Source of the DNA: an uncultured bacterium | GTDB lineage: Bacteria; Chloroflexota; UBA5177; JANWHV01 | Direction of reading: 5' to 3' | Length of the DNA stretch: 64,000 nt | Assembly (NCBI GenBank): GCA_963729625.1 | Contig: CAVSOU010000008.1 | Span: 384,001-448,000 of the forward strand | Shown here: positions 1 to 10,332 of the stretch, piece by piece | Numbering within the stretch: the stretch's first letter is position 1 | Layout: each line of letters starts with the position of its first letter | Notes under the pieces: model-generated | What the model was told of the DNA's origin: nothing | What the model saw: the letters and a program-made list of their open reading frames with translations, nothing else | The model's database searches: none | Program-made: the position numbers and the translations under genes

Positions 1-1
1 G

Positions 2-487
2 AAGGACCCTGCCGCGGCCGGCGCGGTCGTGTCCAGTCTCCTCGGCCTGGCTGGCGGATCGAGCGCCGCGACCACGCTGAAGCCGACCAAATTGCCAGGT
101 GGCGCCATGCAGTACGCGAACGTTGCCGGGTACGGTTACGCGACCTTGCCGAACTGGCTGGTGGCTTCTACGTCTATCAAGAACGTGGTCGGTTTGATTC
201 GGGGCGTGTTGGCCAGCCCGAAACACAGCCTCGCGGCCAGCAGTGCCTACCAGCAGGCGGCGGCAACGCTGCCGCAGCACTCGTCCGCAACCGTGTACTT
301 AGACATCTCTGCCGTTCGCACGCTCGTGGAAGGCTTGGTCCTGGGAGGCATGTCCAAATCGGATCAGGCCGGGTATCAGCAGGCGCGGCCGTTGCTCATA
401 CCGTTGAAGGCATTGGAAGCCGGTAGCAGCGCGGCGGAAGACGGTAAGGCTCTTCGTACCGATGTCTTCCTGCTGATCGGCAAGTAA
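2..487 (+). CDS. C-terminal part of a hypothetical protein (DUF3352-like), truncated by window edge
   Basis: Open frame from window start to TAA 487; ends like DUF3352-type proteins (SLAASSAYQQAAATLP...VYLDI); followed by a terminator. Confidence 0.5.
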   Translation, partial: KDPAAAGAVVSSLLGLAGGSSAATTLKPTKLPGGAMQYANVAGYGYATLPNWLVASTSIKNVVGLIRGVLASPKHSLAASSAYQQAAATLPQHSSATVYLDISAVRTLVEGLVLGGMSKSDQAGYQQARPLLIPLKALEAGSSAAEDGKALRTDVFLLIGK

Positions 488-509
488 GCGCGTCAAGCAG
501 GTCACGCGA

Positions 510-541
510 AGAGAGCCCGGCGCACGTGCGCCGGGCTCTCT
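510..541. terminator. Bidirectional terminator hairpin between convergent genes
   Basis: Perfect 32-bp palindrome AGAGAGCCCGGCGCAC/GTGCGCCGGGCTCTCT. Confidence 0.8.
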
Positions 542-577
542 GTATCGTGTCTGCGAACGACCAATCCCCGCCAGGGA

Positions 578-1861
578 TCAGGCAGGCTCGTCCTGGACCA
601 AGAGGTCTTCTTCTTCGCGCGCTGGCAAACGCACGGGCTCGAGGATTGGGCTTTCTTCCTTGAGGATCACCTTCTCGGTAATCTTGCAGCGCCGAATGTC
701 CTGCCTGGAAGGTATCTCGTACATCACGTCGAGAAGCACTTCCTCGACGATAGTACGAAGGCCGCGCGCGCCCGTCTTGTGCTTGAGCGCTTCACGTGCC
801 GTGGCCCGAATCGCTTCCTGGGTGAAGACGAGCTCCACTTTGTCGAGGTCGAAGAACTTCTTGTATTGCTTGACGATGGCGTTCTTCGGCTCGGTCATGA
901 TCTTGATCAGGGTATCCTCGTCGAGTGCCTCGAGCATGACGACCACGGGCAAGCGGCCGACAAACTCGGGGATGAGGCCATACTGCAGCAGATCTTCAGG
1001 GATGACATGCTTCTGCGCCTCGCTCGGTTCTTCAGAGTTGTCGATCGTCTGAAAGCCGAGGCGCTTGTGCTTGTTCAGTCGCGTATCGATGATCTTGTCG
1101 AGCCCTTCGAACGCGCCGCCGCAAACGAAGAGGATATTCGACGTGTTGATCTGAATGAAGTCCTGGTGTGGATGCTTCCGGCCTCCCTGGGGGGGAACGT
1201 TCGCAATCGTTCCTTCGACGATCTTCAGCAGGGCCTGCTGCACACCTTCGCCGGAGACATCGCGCGTAATGGAAGGGTTGTCCGACTTTCGCGAGATCTT
1301 GTCGATTTCGTCGATGTAGACGATGCCCTTCTCGGCGCGCGGGATGTCGAAATCCGCTGCCTGGATCAGGCGAAGCAGGATGTTCTCCACGTCCTCGCCC
1401 ACATAGCCGGCTTCGGTAAGCGCCGTGGCGTCGGCAATGCAGAATGGGACGTCCAGCACGCGTGCCAGGGTTTGCGCGAGCAGGGTCTTGCCGCAGCCCG
1501 TGGGGCCGACGAGCAGGATATTGCTCTTTCCCAGCTCAACGTCGTCGATCTGCATTCCGGCCGCTACGCGCTTGTAGTGATTGTAGACGGCGACGGAAAG
1601 CACTCGCTTGGCGCGGTTCTGCCCTACGACATACTGGTTGAGCTGTTCGAAAATACGCTTGGGAGGGGGGATTTTCGTGATCGGAAGCTTCTGCTTGGGT
1701 GCGTTTGCCTGCTCTTCTTCGATGATCTCACGACACAGGTCGATACACTCGTCACATATGTAGACACCGCCGGGACCCGCGATAAGCCGGTGAACCTGCT
1801 CCTGGCTCTTGCCGCAGAATGAGCAGCGATACTGGACACGAGGCGGCTTCGTGTTGGCCAT
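578..1861 (-). CDS. clpX: ATP-dependent Clp protease ATP-binding subunit ClpX
   Basis: Zn finger [12 protein letters not shown], Walker [23 protein letters not shown]; start at MANTKPP just after clpP. Confidence 0.98.
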   Translation of the reverse strand: MANTKPPRVQYRCSFCGKSQEQVHRLIAGPGGVYICDECIDLCREIIEEEQANAPKQKLPITKIPPPKRIFEQLNQYVVGQNRAKRVLSVAVYNHYKRVAAGMQIDDVELGKSNILLVGPTGCGKTLLAQTLARVLDVPFCIADATALTEAGYVGEDVENILLRLIQAADFDIPRAEKGIVYIDEIDKISRKSDNPSITRDVSGEGVQQALLKIVEGTIANVPPQGGRKHPHQDFIQINTSNILFVCGGAFEGLDKIIDTRLNKHKRLGFQTIDNSEEPSEAQKHVIPEDLLQYGLIPEFVGRLPVVVMLEALDEDTLIKIMTEPKNAIVKQYKKFFDLDKVELVFTQEAIRATAREALKHKTGARGLRTIVEEVLLDVMYEIPSRQDIRRCKITEKVILKEESPILEPVRLPAREEEDLLVQDEPA

Positions 1862-1866
1862 GGTAG

Positions 1867-2472
1867 TTAGTCCTCCGCGAGTTCCGGAAAGCTTGGGTCG
1901 ACGAGCACCTCGTCCACGATACCGTAGTCTTTGGCCTCTTTCGCGGTCATGTAGTAGTCGCGCTGCGTGTCCTTCGCTACCTTCTCGTATGGTTGGCCAC
2001 AGTGGTGTGCCAGGATCTGGTTCAACCGGTGAACAGAACGGATGATCCAGCGTGATTGTATCTCGATATCGGGTGTGGCGCCCTGGAAACCGGCGCTGCC
2101 TTGGTGAATCATCACTTCCGCGTTCGGAAGTGCATAGCGCTTCCCCTTCGCGCCGGCTGCCAGAAGAATCGACGCCATGCTCGCACACATGCCCATGCAG
2201 TACGTCGCGACGTCGGGCTTGATCTGGCGCATTGTGTCATAGATCGCCAAGCCGGCAGTCACCTGCCCTCCTGGGCTGCTGATATACATGCTGATATCGC
2301 GCTCTGCGTCTTCGCTTTGCAGGAAGAGGAGCTGAGCCACCACCAAGCTTGCCATCTGCGGCTCGATTGGGGTGGTGATGAAGATAATGCGATCTTTGAG
2401 CATGCGCGAGAAAATATCATAGGCACGCTCACCACGATTTGTGGATTCGACGACCATCGGCACAAGGCCCAT
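1867..2472 (-). CDS. clpP: ATP-dependent Clp protease proteolytic subunit
   Basis: [37 protein letters not shown]. Confidence 0.98.
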   Translation of the reverse strand: MGLVPMVVESTNRGERAYDIFSRMLKDRIIFITTPIEPQMASLVVAQLLFLQSEDAERDISMYISSPGGQVTAGLAIYDTMRQIKPDVATYCMGMCASMASILLAAGAKGKRYALPNAEVMIHQGSAGFQGATPDIEIQSRWIIRSVHRLNQILAHHCGQPYEKVAKDTQRDYYMTAKEAKDYGIVDEVLVDPSFPELAED

Positions 2473-2474
2473 CG

Positions 2475-3929
2475 TCAGTTCTCCTCTTCGCTTTGCTGGA
2501 CCGGCGCCCGCTCCTCTTGAGCGCTCTCCGAGGCCGGCATGGAAACCGTTGCCTGCTCGGTAGCCGCCGTCACCGACGTGCCCAGAGCGGCGCTCTCTAC
2601 GCTTTCGGTCATGTCGCCGTGATCCTCGGGGCTGGCTATTTCGAGCAGTCGATTAATGACATACCGCTTCCGCAACTTGGTGGCAATTCGCTGCCGCAGA
2701 GAATCGGAGGCCAGCAGCCGGCGCCGTTCCTTATTACTGTACGCAGGCTGGCTGGCGACAAGATGAAGCTGCGCATCGATCTCACTGTTTGGCGCTTCAA
2801 TAGTCTCTGCCTTGGCAATAGCGTCGAGCACCAGATCGGTACGCACGCGCGTCTCGGCGCTCGATCGTGCATCCGCACGAATCTGCTCTACGGTCTTCCC
2901 TAGGATGCGGGCATAGGTATCCATAGAGATTTTGCGTTCACGCTCGACGTTTTCCTGAAGTTGTCGCATCATCTCGTCGAGCTCTTCCTCGACGAGCGGA
3001 GGTGGTACCGAGACGGCCGACAGCTTGACAACCTCTTCGATCACCTGCTCCACGTACTCGTCCATGGCCCGGCGTCGCGCCTGGGCCTGCATGCTCGAGG
3101 TGAGCCGTTCGCGGAGCAGGGCAAGAGAGTCGACCTTTGCAATCGTCTGAGCGAAGCTGTCGTCGATCTCCGGAGCATGCTTCCGCTCGACCTTCAGAAG
3201 TTCCACGTGCAGAGCCAGTTGCTTGCCGGCATAGGTAGTGGGAGCGTAGTTCTCAGGCAGATCGATAGTCTCATCCTTGACATCGCCCTTGCGCATGCCG
3301 ACAAGCCGTTGCGAGAGCCCCGGAATCGGCACAGTCGGAGCCTCGCCCTCGCGCAATTGGTAGTCCCACGCTTCCTGGTCGACGAGAGTCTCCTCGTCGA
3401 CGGTGGCAAGCAGGCGTAGCGTGGCCATGTCTCCCAACTCGGCGGCGCCGTCCTCGACAGGAGTCCAGGCCGCCTGTTGGTCCGCGAGCTCTTTCAGGAA
3501 CCGATCCACGTCACCCGGCGAGATTTCAGGCGTTTCGGGCGCCAGGCGAACTGACGAGTAATCACCAAGCTGAACCTCAGGGCGGACGTAGACTGTGGCT
3601 GTGAAACTCAGCGGTTTCTGCGCATCGATCTCGCCGGCCTTTGGAGATTGCACGTCCGGGTAGCCAAGTGGATGCAGGTCATGCTCTTTAATCGCCTGTG
3701 TATAGGCGTCATTGATGGCGATGTCTGCCGCCTCGGTCAACAGCACCTCCGGGCCGATCGCACGCTCGAGCACGGCGCGGGGCGCCTTACCGGGGCGAAA
3801 TCCCGGTACATGGTACTTTCCGGCCAGCCGCTGGTAGGCCCGGCCGACCGCTTGACCCAAGGCATCCGGATCGATCTCGATTTGGAGCTGGACTTGACTC
3901 TCTGGAAGACGCTCAACTTCAACCCGCAC
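2475..3929 (-). CDS. tig: Trigger factor
   Basis: Ribosome-binding motif [10 protein letters not shown]; tig-clpP-clpX synteny. Confidence 0.96.
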   Translation of the reverse strand: MRVEVERLPESQVQLQIEIDPDALGQAVGRAYQRLAGKYHVPGFRPGKAPRAVLERAIGPEVLLTEAADIAINDAYTQAIKEHDLHPLGYPDVQSPKAGEIDAQKPLSFTATVYVRPEVQLGDYSSVRLAPETPEISPGDVDRFLKELADQQAAWTPVEDGAAELGDMATLRLLATVDEETLVDQEAWDYQLREGEAPTVPIPGLSQRLVGMRKGDVKDETIDLPENYAPTTYAGKQLALHVELLKVERKHAPEIDDSFAQTIAKVDSLALLRERLTSSMQAQARRRAMDEYVEQVIEEVVKLSAVSVPPPLVEEELDEMMRQLQENVERERKISMDTYARILGKTVEQIRADARSSAETRVRTDLVLDAIAKAETIEAPNSEIDAQLHLVASQPAYSNKERRRLLASDSLRQRIATKLRKRYVINRLLEIASPEDHGDMTESVESAALGTSVTAATEQATVSMPASESAQEERAPVQQSEEEN

Positions 3930-4083
3930 GGGCCCTCGACCTCACTCCCTGACAATGTGTGTGTATGCTTCTGCGTTTCACCGCGGCGACGCTACAAATC
4001 TGTTTGCTCATCGGGCCCGCATAAACCCACGAAGCGGGAAATGACCAAAATGCCGTGCATGGTACCTCGCCTCGGAGCCGTAG

Positions 4084-4165
4084 TGGGGAAGGAGGGACTC
4101 GAACCCTCACGCATTGCTGCACATGATCCTAAGTCATGCCCGTCTACCAATTCCGACACTTCCCC
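4084..4165 (-). tRNA. tRNA-Leu (anticodon TAG)
   Basis: Minus strand GGGGAAGTGTCGGAATTGGTAGACGGGCATGACTTAGGATCATG...GGTTCGAGTCCCTCCTTCCCCA; long variable arm; CCA not encoded. Confidence 0.95.
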
Positions 4166-4331
4166 CAGCGAAGCACTGGCATGAACGCGGGCTCTGACGA
4201 CCATGGGGAAGGCAAAGAGCCTTTGCCCCATGATATGCACAGCTTTCTGATGGTGTCAAATAGCCCAATTGAGGTAAGATCGCCGCGAAGCGATAGAAGA
4301 AAACAATCGCCCCAGAGGAGATTTACTCTTC

Positions 4332-5513
4332 GTGGACCTTGTACACCGTGCGTTCGGCGACGAGTACCTCGCGTTACAGTGTATCATCACGGCTGCTTTT
4401 GTCCTGGGGTTATCCCTCTGTCTTACACCTTTGCTTGCCACGTTTGCCCGCCGCTTCAACATCCTCGCGCCTGTTCGCGATCGTGATGTGCATGTGCGGC
4501 CTGTCCCATACCTCGGCGGCGTGGCCATATTTGCCGCCTTCGTCGCCGGTATGCTGCTGTTCATGCCCCTGGCCGGAACGCGGCACGATGTGCTGAACAC
4601 GTCATTTCTGATCGGCGAGCAAACGCTCAAGCAGTTCCGTGGGTTGCTCCTTGGCGCCACGCTTGCCGTGCTCGTGGGCGTGCTCGACGATATTCTTACC
4701 AGCCGCAACGGGCGGGGGTTGCGCCCGTCAGTCCATTTCCTCGGACAGCTGTTCGCCGCGGCGGCAGCGCTCTTTGGGGGGCTCGATCCGGTGCGCGGTG
4801 TATCCAATCCCCTGAGCAGCGTGCACTTCATCTACGCGCATCCGGAAAAGCACCTCCAGATTCTCCTGACCCCTTCGTTCCTGGGTGTCTCCCTGGGCAT
4901 GGCGTTTACCATATTCTGGATCGTCGGCATGATGAACACCGTCAACTTCATGGATGGCCTGGATGGTCTCGCGGGCGGCGTGGTGATGATCGTAGCCGTT
5001 CTGCTGGCGATCTGGAGTGGCTGGACACATGGCGAGGGCGCGACCACCCTCCTGGGCAGCCAGGTGCTGCTGCTGCCGCCGTTGATTCTCGCCGCAGCTC
5101 TGCTGGGATTCCTCGTCTACAACTGGGCGCCCGCGCATATCTTTATGGGCGATTCCGGCGCGCAGTTTGCGGGATTTACCCTTGGCGTGCTGGCCATTCT
5201 CGGGCCGGCAAAGATCGGCACGGCCCTCCTGATTCTGACCGTGCCGATACTTGATACCGCTTGGGTGTTCGTTCGCCGCCCGATCGAAGGGAAAGCGTTC
5301 TTCAGAGCGGACAGCGAGCACCTGCATCACCGGCTGCTCGAGCGCGGGTTCAGCCAGCAGCAAATTGTCCTTATCTTTTATGGCATGTGCACGGCGCTCG
5401 GTTTGATCGATCTGTCCGTCGACAGGGCCATCAAGCTGGTGGCCTTCCTTGTGGTGGTTGGGCTCACCATCGCCGTGTTGATCAGCATGACCGCCTGGAA
5501 GCCACAGGCATAG
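4332..5513 (+). CDS. MraY/WecA/TagO-family undecaprenyl-phosphate GlcNAc-1-phosphate transferase
   Basis: Multi-TM; PYLGGVAIF, GVLDD, NTVNFMDGLDGL, IFMGDSG, HLHHRLL. Confidence 0.92.
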   Translation: MDLVHRAFGDEYLALQCIITAAFVLGLSLCLTPLLATFARRFNILAPVRDRDVHVRPVPYLGGVAIFAAFVAGMLLFMPLAGTRHDVLNTSFLIGEQTLKQFRGLLLGATLAVLVGVLDDILTSRNGRGLRPSVHFLGQLFAAAAALFGGLDPVRGVSNPLSSVHFIYAHPEKHLQILLTPSFLGVSLGMAFTIFWIVGMMNTVNFMDGLDGLAGGVVMIVAVLLAIWSGWTHGEGATTLLGSQVLLLPPLILAAALLGFLVYNWAPAHIFMGDSGAQFAGFTLGVLAILGPAKIGTALLILTVPILDTAWVFVRRPIEGKAFFRADSEHLHHRLLERGFSQQQIVLIFYGMCTALGLIDLSVDRAIKLVAFLVVVGLTIAVLISMTAWKPQA

Positions 5514-5521
5514 GCTTTCAC

Positions 5522-6391
5522 TCAGGCGGACGGGTTGGCTTCATCAACCGCGCGCAGATCCTCAGCACTCAAGTGGAGACCCGCTGCTCCGAGATTCTCA
5601 CGCACACGTTCCGCGCGCGTGGTGCAGGGAATCGGCACGATGACCGGCGACTTGGTCAGCAGCCAGGCCAGCACCACCTGATATGGCGTCGCATTGTGCT
5701 TGCGCGCTACCTCGGCGACCGCCGCGATCTCGCCCAAGCGCTTTGCGCGGCCCCCACCGCCAAAGGGCGAGTAGGGAAGATAGGCGATGCCACGATCGGT
5801 GCAGGCTTGCAGCACGCCGTTGTGTTCGTCGTTGCGATGCCAGTGATGGAACTCGTTCTGCACGCTGACAACCTCGACCAGGCGTTGCGCCGTGTCGAGC
5901 TGGGCAACGGAGACGTTGGAGATGCCGACCATACGCACCTTGCCGGCGCGCTGCAGATCGGCGATCGCGCCGATAGACTCGTCATAAGGAACCTTGGGGT
6001 CGGGTCTATGATACTGGTAGAGATCGATCACCTCTACGCCAAGAGCCTTCAAGCTGGCGTCGCAGGCTTTCCGCAAGTAGTCCGGCCGGCCGTTCACGTC
6101 CCATCCGCCATCAGGCTGGCGTGTGTGGCCGCCTTTCGTGGCCACGAGGACCTCATCGCGTGACTTCCCTGCCGTTGCCAGGGCCATGGCGATCAGCCGC
6201 TCATTGTGCCCCACGTCGGCGTCGTTGAGGCAATAGGCGTCGGCGGTATCGATCAGCGTGATGCCGCCGTCGAGCACTGCCTTCAACGTCTGCAGGGCCT
6301 GTGCCTCCAACGGTCTGCCCTGTATCGACAAGTACATGCCTCCATAGCCAAGCTCGTTTACGCGGCGTGTGCCAATTGTCCGCTGCTCCAT
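5522..6391 (-). CDS. Aldo/keto reductase
   Basis: LGYGGM, IDTADAY, VATKGG, IDLYQYHRPDP, IGISN, YSPFGGG. Confidence 0.93.
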   Translation of the reverse strand: MEQRTIGTRRVNELGYGGMYLSIQGRPLEAQALQTLKAVLDGGITLIDTADAYCLNDADVGHNERLIAMALATAGKSRDEVLVATKGGHTRQPDGGWDVNGRPDYLRKACDASLKALGVEVIDLYQYHRPDPKVPYDESIGAIADLQRAGKVRMVGISNVSVAQLDTAQRLVEVVSVQNEFHHWHRNDEHNGVLQACTDRGIAYLPYSPFGGGGRAKRLGEIAAVAEVARKHNATPYQVVLAWLLTKSPVIVPIPCTTRAERVRENLGAAGLHLSAEDLRAVDEANPSA

Positions 6392-6660
6392 ATGCATCTC
6401 TCCTACAACCGCCGACCGGCGGTTCACTCGCAAGCCGATTCCTTCTCAAGATACCTTCTGGCCACAAATCTCGATACACGGGAGCGTCGATCCACTGTGA
6501 GAGATGCGCACGCGAGTGTCTTGACTGTAGGCGCATTCCAGAATGGTGGCGCTTAGCCCGACGATCAGGCAATTGCTCGAGCTTGGGCAGACCATGGCGC
6601 AGAGGACTCTCAGGAAGGAATCGGTAGCCTGCAATGCGGTGCTCGGACCGGACCTAAAGG

Positions 6661-6999
6661 CTACGAATCCGCAAGAGCCTGTGCCGCGGTAGTCAGGGTG
6701 TCCTCGATCCATGTGTTCATTGATTTGCCCTGTGCCTGAGCAGCGCGGACAATCTTGGCGTGCTGCTCCGGCGTGGTGCGCACGACGAACTTGCCTGAGT
6801 GTGGCTTACTGGGCGTCTTTCCTTGCTCAGCGCAGACTTCAAGGTAAACGTCTACTGAGATATGAAACTCACGGTCGAGGTCGGCGACTCGATCGGCTTG
6901 GAACATGACCACATCGTCAATGTCGAGCACGCGACCGATCAATAGTCCGGCTGTGTAGTCGATTTCCACGGATGCGGAGTAGCCCTTGTATGGCTTCAT
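6661..6999 (-). CDS. hicB: HicB-family antitoxin
   Basis: YKGYSASVEID..GRVLDIDDVV.F..SVDVYLE..KPHSGKFVVR (RHH); overlaps hicA. Confidence 0.9.
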   Translation of the reverse strand: MKPYKGYSASVEIDYTAGLLIGRVLDIDDVVMFQADRVADLDREFHISVDVYLEVCAEQGKTPSKPHSGKFVVRTTPEQHAKIVRAAQAQGKSMNTWIEDTLTTAAQALADS

Positions 7000-7250
7000 G
7001 GCATAACCCCTGCTCGCTCCAGGAAGTCTCGCACGCCGCGCACCGTGGCGTAGGGTGCGTGGCGATTCGGGTGCGGTTGATGAAACACGGCAACGACCCC
7101 GCTAAGCGAGAAGCTGACACGAGAGCCTTCACGCTGACCTACCTTGGCACCGGCGGCTTCTACCATGCTCACAATGTCGTTCCAGATGATGTCCGAACGG
7201 GTTGGTATTTCAAAGACCTTGGCGAGCGTGATGCTCTGCTTCTTGTTCAC
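6996..7250 (-). CDS. hicA: HicA-family mRNA interferase toxin
   Basis: MNKKQ..TL..F..P..I.W..I..GSRV..FHQPHP..VRDFL; GTG start, probably leaderless. Confidence 0.9.
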   Translation of the reverse strand: MNKKQSITLAKVFEIPTRSDIIWNDIVSMVEAAGAKVGQREGSRVSFSLSGVVAVFHQPHPNRHAPYATVRGVRDFLERAGVMP

Positions 7251-7256
7251 GCCTCT

Positions 7257-7285
7257 ATAGTATCACTTATCGATACTATTGTCGA
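7257..7285 (-). promoter_or_regulatory. hicAB promoter with overlapping inverted-repeat operator
   Basis: Minus strand TCGACA-17bp-TACTAT; IR ATAGTATC-N7-GATACTAT at 7257-7279. Confidence 0.7.
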
Positions 7286-7970
7286 ACCTGTTCCGTCGCT
7301 TCGGCGCTGAACTGGTCTTTCGAAGCGAGCCCGTGTGGTGACCGCCGAATGCCGCCGCCAGCCAATCGCGCGCGCTCGCCACCTCGCTGGCGCTGAGCGC
7401 GTGACCGCCAGGCGCCCAATGGAGTTGTACCGTGGCTCCCGCGTCTTGCAGTACGGTTGCCAGGCGCTGTGTCTGGTCAGGGCTGATCAGTGCGTCGGCC
7501 AACCCGCCGCTGAGAAACACGGGCAGGCCGGTGAGATCGGGCACGACGACCGGCTGACTCGGCAGCTGCGCATGGAACAGCACGGCGCCGGCGAGGACGC
7601 CCGGGTGTGTCACGATCAGGTTCGCGGCGACGTTAGCCCCATTTGAGTAGCCGGCAGCAATCACGCGGCCGGGATCAAATCCATAGATCCCGGCCGCGGC
7701 AACCACGAAGTCGGCAAGCTCACGGGTTTGCTGCTTAAGGTCCTCCAGATCGAACACTCCCGGCGCGAGCCGACGGAAGAAGCGCGGCATGCCCTGTTCC
7801 AACACCTTGCCGCGCGGGCTCAGGCGACCGGCGCCGGGCCACAGCATGTCGCCGAGATCGAGAAGATCGTGCTCATCTCCCCCGGTTCCATGCAGCAGCA
7901 GAAGGGTTGGCGCGTCCGGCCGCGCCGGCGGCACGAAGCGGTGTATGAAGGCGAGATCGGCGGCGGTCAC
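7263..7970 (-). CDS. Alpha/beta hydrolase (phospholipase/carboxylesterase, MhqD-like)
   Basis: LLLHGTGGDEHDL, SPRGKVLEQGMPRFFRR, GYSNGA. Confidence 0.9.
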   Translation of the reverse strand: MTAADLAFIHRFVPPARPDAPTLLLLHGTGGDEHDLLDLGDMLWPGAGRLSPRGKVLEQGMPRFFRRLAPGVFDLEDLKQQTRELADFVVAAAGIYGFDPGRVIAAGYSNGANVAANLIVTHPGVLAGAVLFHAQLPSQPVVVPDLTGLPVFLSGGLADALISPDQTQRLATVLQDAGATVQLHWAPGGHALSASEVASARDWLAAAFGGHHTGSLRKTSSAPKRRNRFDNSIDK

Positions 7971-8950
7971 TGTGCTGCTACCGGCTGCGTGTATCGCGGC
8001 GGGATCGAGGGGAGCGGGCGCAGTCCAGCCTCAATCGCCGCGCGCCGGGGCTCCAGGAACGGCGGCAGCGCGAGCCGTTCGCCCAGGTGCTCGGCGTCCT
8101 CATCGGTGGCAAAGCCCGGTCCATCCGTGGCAATCTCGAACAGCACGCCGCCGGGCTCGCGAAAGTAGAGCGAGCGGAAGTAGAAGCGGTCGATGACCGG
8201 GGTGGGGTGCAGGCCCGCGGCGGTCAGCCGCTGCTGCCATGCCAGGTGTTCGTCGCTGTTCGGCGTGCGGAATGCGACATGGTGCACGCCGCCGATCCCC
8301 ACGGTGCCATGAGGCGCATCCGGCCGCACCGCCACGTGCACTTCGGCGCCCGCTCCGGCCGCGCCTACGGAGAAGACGAGCACTACCTGCCCGTCTTCCG
8401 GCGCCGCGTACTCGCCGATCTGTTGGAAACCCATGGCCGTGGTCAGCGTGTGTGCGGTCGGCTCGAGGTGCATAACGGCCAGAGTAACGGCGCCCAGTCC
8501 GCGGATAGCCATGCCCACCGGCACAGGGCTGCCAGTCCACGGCGTACCGCCGGTATCTCCGTCGGCAATGAACTGCAGGCGCTGCCCCTCGGGATCGGAG
8601 AAGGCGAGCGTTTGGCGGCCGGCGCGCTCGGCAATATCGTCATGCGCCACGCCGTTTGCCTCGAGCCTCTCGACCCACCAGTCGAGCGAGGCAGCGGGCA
8701 CGCGCAGACCGGTAGCGGAGACCATGCCGGCGCCCGGGCGGCGACGAATCGCCTGCGGCCAATCAAAGAAGGTGAGATCGGTGCCGGGACTCCCGGCGGC
8801 ATCGGCGTAGAAGAGGTGATAGGCCGAGACATCGTCCTGGTTGACGGTCTTCTTGACCAGCCGCATGCCCAGCACCTGCGTGTAGAACGCGAGGTTGTCG
8901 GCTGCCCGGCCGGTGACGGCGGTGACGTGGTGAATGCCATGCAGGTTCAT
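7967..8950 (-). CDS. Ring-cleaving dioxygenase (VOC/glyoxalase, MhqO-like)
   Basis: GIHHVTA, LVKKTVNQDDVSAYHLFY, GVHHVAFR, DRFYFRSLYFREPGGVLFEIATDGPGF. Confidence 0.93.
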   Translation of the reverse strand: MNLHGIHHVTAVTGRAADNLAFYTQVLGMRLVKKTVNQDDVSAYHLFYADAAGSPGTDLTFFDWPQAIRRRPGAGMVSATGLRVPAASLDWWVERLEANGVAHDDIAERAGRQTLAFSDPEGQRLQFIADGDTGGTPWTGSPVPVGMAIRGLGAVTLAVMHLEPTAHTLTTAMGFQQIGEYAAPEDGQVVLVFSVGAAGAGAEVHVAVRPDAPHGTVGIGGVHHVAFRTPNSDEHLAWQQRLTAAGLHPTPVIDRFYFRSLYFREPGGVLFEIATDGPGFATDEDAEHLGERLALPPFLEPRRAAIEAGLRPLPSIPPRYTQPVAAQ

Positions 8951-9000
8951 GATGTGCTCCTTCAGCGGCTCAGTAGTGGAGAGGTTGAAAAGGGGGAGGC

Positions 9001-9453
9001 TCAGCGATAGGTGCGCGCCAGCTTGCGCAGCAGAGCGAGGAAGGCGCGCTGTTCCTCGAGATTGAGCACGGCTAGCCGGCTCGCGTGCCAGGCCTCCTGC
9101 CCCGGTACGACCTGCCTGAAGAGCGCGCGCCCGCATTCCGTCAGGAAAAGACGGTTGCAGCGTCCGTCCGCGCGGCGCTCCACCAGGCCACGCCGCGCCA
9201 GTCTATCAACGTGATATGTCACGTTTCCCTGGGTCACGAGGAGCGCGCGTGCGAGCTCTTGTTGCGTCAGGCCTTCACGGACCCCAACCTGTGCCAGAAT
9301 GTCGATCTCGGCGATCGAGAGCCCCATGGCGCGCAGGTGCCGTTCTTCGGCCCGCATCATGTCCCTCGCCAGGCGCATCAGCCGCACCCAGGCGATGGCG
9401 CCCAGCCGTGTGGCACGGGCTGTTGACCCTGCCGGTATTTTCATTGTGTCCAC
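9001..9453 (-). CDS. MarR-family transcriptional regulator
   Basis: GLTQQELARALLVTQGNVTYHVDRL..GLVERR..LFLT wHTH. Confidence 0.9.
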   Translation of the reverse strand: MDTMKIPAGSTARATRLGAIAWVRLMRLARDMMRAEERHLRAMGLSIAEIDILAQVGVREGLTQQELARALLVTQGNVTYHVDRLARRGLVERRADGRCNRLFLTECGRALFRQVVPGQEAWHASRLAVLNLEEQRAFLALLRKLARTYR

Positions 9454-9474
9454 ATCGCCTGCCTCCCTACTCTC

Positions 9475-9507
9475 AGTTTAATATTAAAGAGTGTTTATGT
9501 CAAACAC
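9475..9507 (-). promoter_or_regulatory. Promoter of marR-dioxygenase-hydrolase operon with palindromic operator
   Basis: Minus strand TTGACA-17bp-TAAACT; palindrome TTTAATATTAAA (9477-9488); IR GTGTTT-N5-AAACAC (9491-9507). Confidence 0.7.
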
Positions 9508-9574
9508 GGGTGGCGCATGCATTGGTATGTTGAGAATGTGCGGCGTGATGAGACTGAAGACTCAGAGGGAGATC

Positions 9575-10321
9575 ATGAAATACGAAGGGATGCTTGCCGA
9601 AACGATCCGCATCACCGGGCACGGCGGCGATGAGATTGGCGCTTACTTTGCTCGCCCCATCGGCAGCGGCCCCTACGCGGGCGTCGTGGTCATTCACCAT
9701 ATGCCGGGCTGGGATGAAGCTACCAAGGAAATCACGCGCAAGTTCGCTGCACACGGCTACGCCGCCATCTGCCCGCACCTGCACTATCGCGAGGGACCCG
9801 ACGCCAGTCCCGACGACGCGGCGGCGGCGGCCCGGGCGGCCGGCGGCGTGCCGGACGATCGCTTCGCGGGCGACGCGGCGGGCGCGGTTCACTACCTGCG
9901 CGCGCTGCCCTACTCGAATGGGAAGGTGGGCGTCATCGGCTACTGCTCGGGAGGCCGCCAGGCCTATCTGGCCGCCTGCCGGTTACCGCTGGACGCCGCC
10001 GTGGACTGTTACGGCGCGTTCGTGGCAGGCCAGCCGCCTGCCGGATCGATGTCCCGCATTCAGCCGATCGTCGGGTTGACTCCTTCGCTGTCGTGCCCGG
10101 TGCTGGGTCTCTTCGGCGCTGAGGATCAGCACCCCTCGCCCGAGGAGACCGCGCAGGTTGGGGCAGCGCTCAAGGCCCACAATAAGGTCTACGAATTCCA
10201 CACCTATGAGGGCGCCGGGCATGGGTTCTTCGCGCCGGACCGTGCCAACTATCGCCAGGCGGCTGCCGTTGAAGGTTGGCAGCGGATCTGGACCTGGTTC
10301 GATCGTTACCTGAGCGCTTGA
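9575..10321 (+). CDS. Dienelactone hydrolase family protein
   Basis: VVVIHHMPG, GVIGYCSGG, YEGAGHGF, AAVEGWQR. Confidence 0.92.
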   Translation: MKYEGMLAETIRITGHGGDEIGAYFARPIGSGPYAGVVVIHHMPGWDEATKEITRKFAAHGYAAICPHLHYREGPDASPDDAAAAARAAGGVPDDRFAGDAAGAVHYLRALPYSNGKVGVIGYCSGGRQAYLAACRLPLDAAVDCYGAFVAGQPPAGSMSRIQPIVGLTPSLSCPVLGLFGAEDQHPSPEETAQVGAALKAHNKVYEFHTYEGAGHGFFAPDRANYRQAAAVEGWQRIWTWFDRYLSA

Positions 10322-10332
10322 GGAGGGACGGC

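Noticed and set aside
1862-2188. 108-aa N-terminal extension of ClpX in the ORF track
   Set aside because: Overlaps clpP out of frame; the real start is ATG at 1861.
3200-3215. GTTCCACGTGCAG as a second parS
   Set aside because: Only one half-site matches, and it lies inside tig.
4084-4165. tRNA-Leu as integration site of the defence island
   Set aside because: No duplicated tRNA 3' end or integrase seen, and the island starts over 9 kb away on the tRNA's 5' side.
6543-6560. TGGTGGCGC as a tRNA 3' fragment or att site near hicAB
   Set aside because: No T-arm or matching second copy; likely chance.
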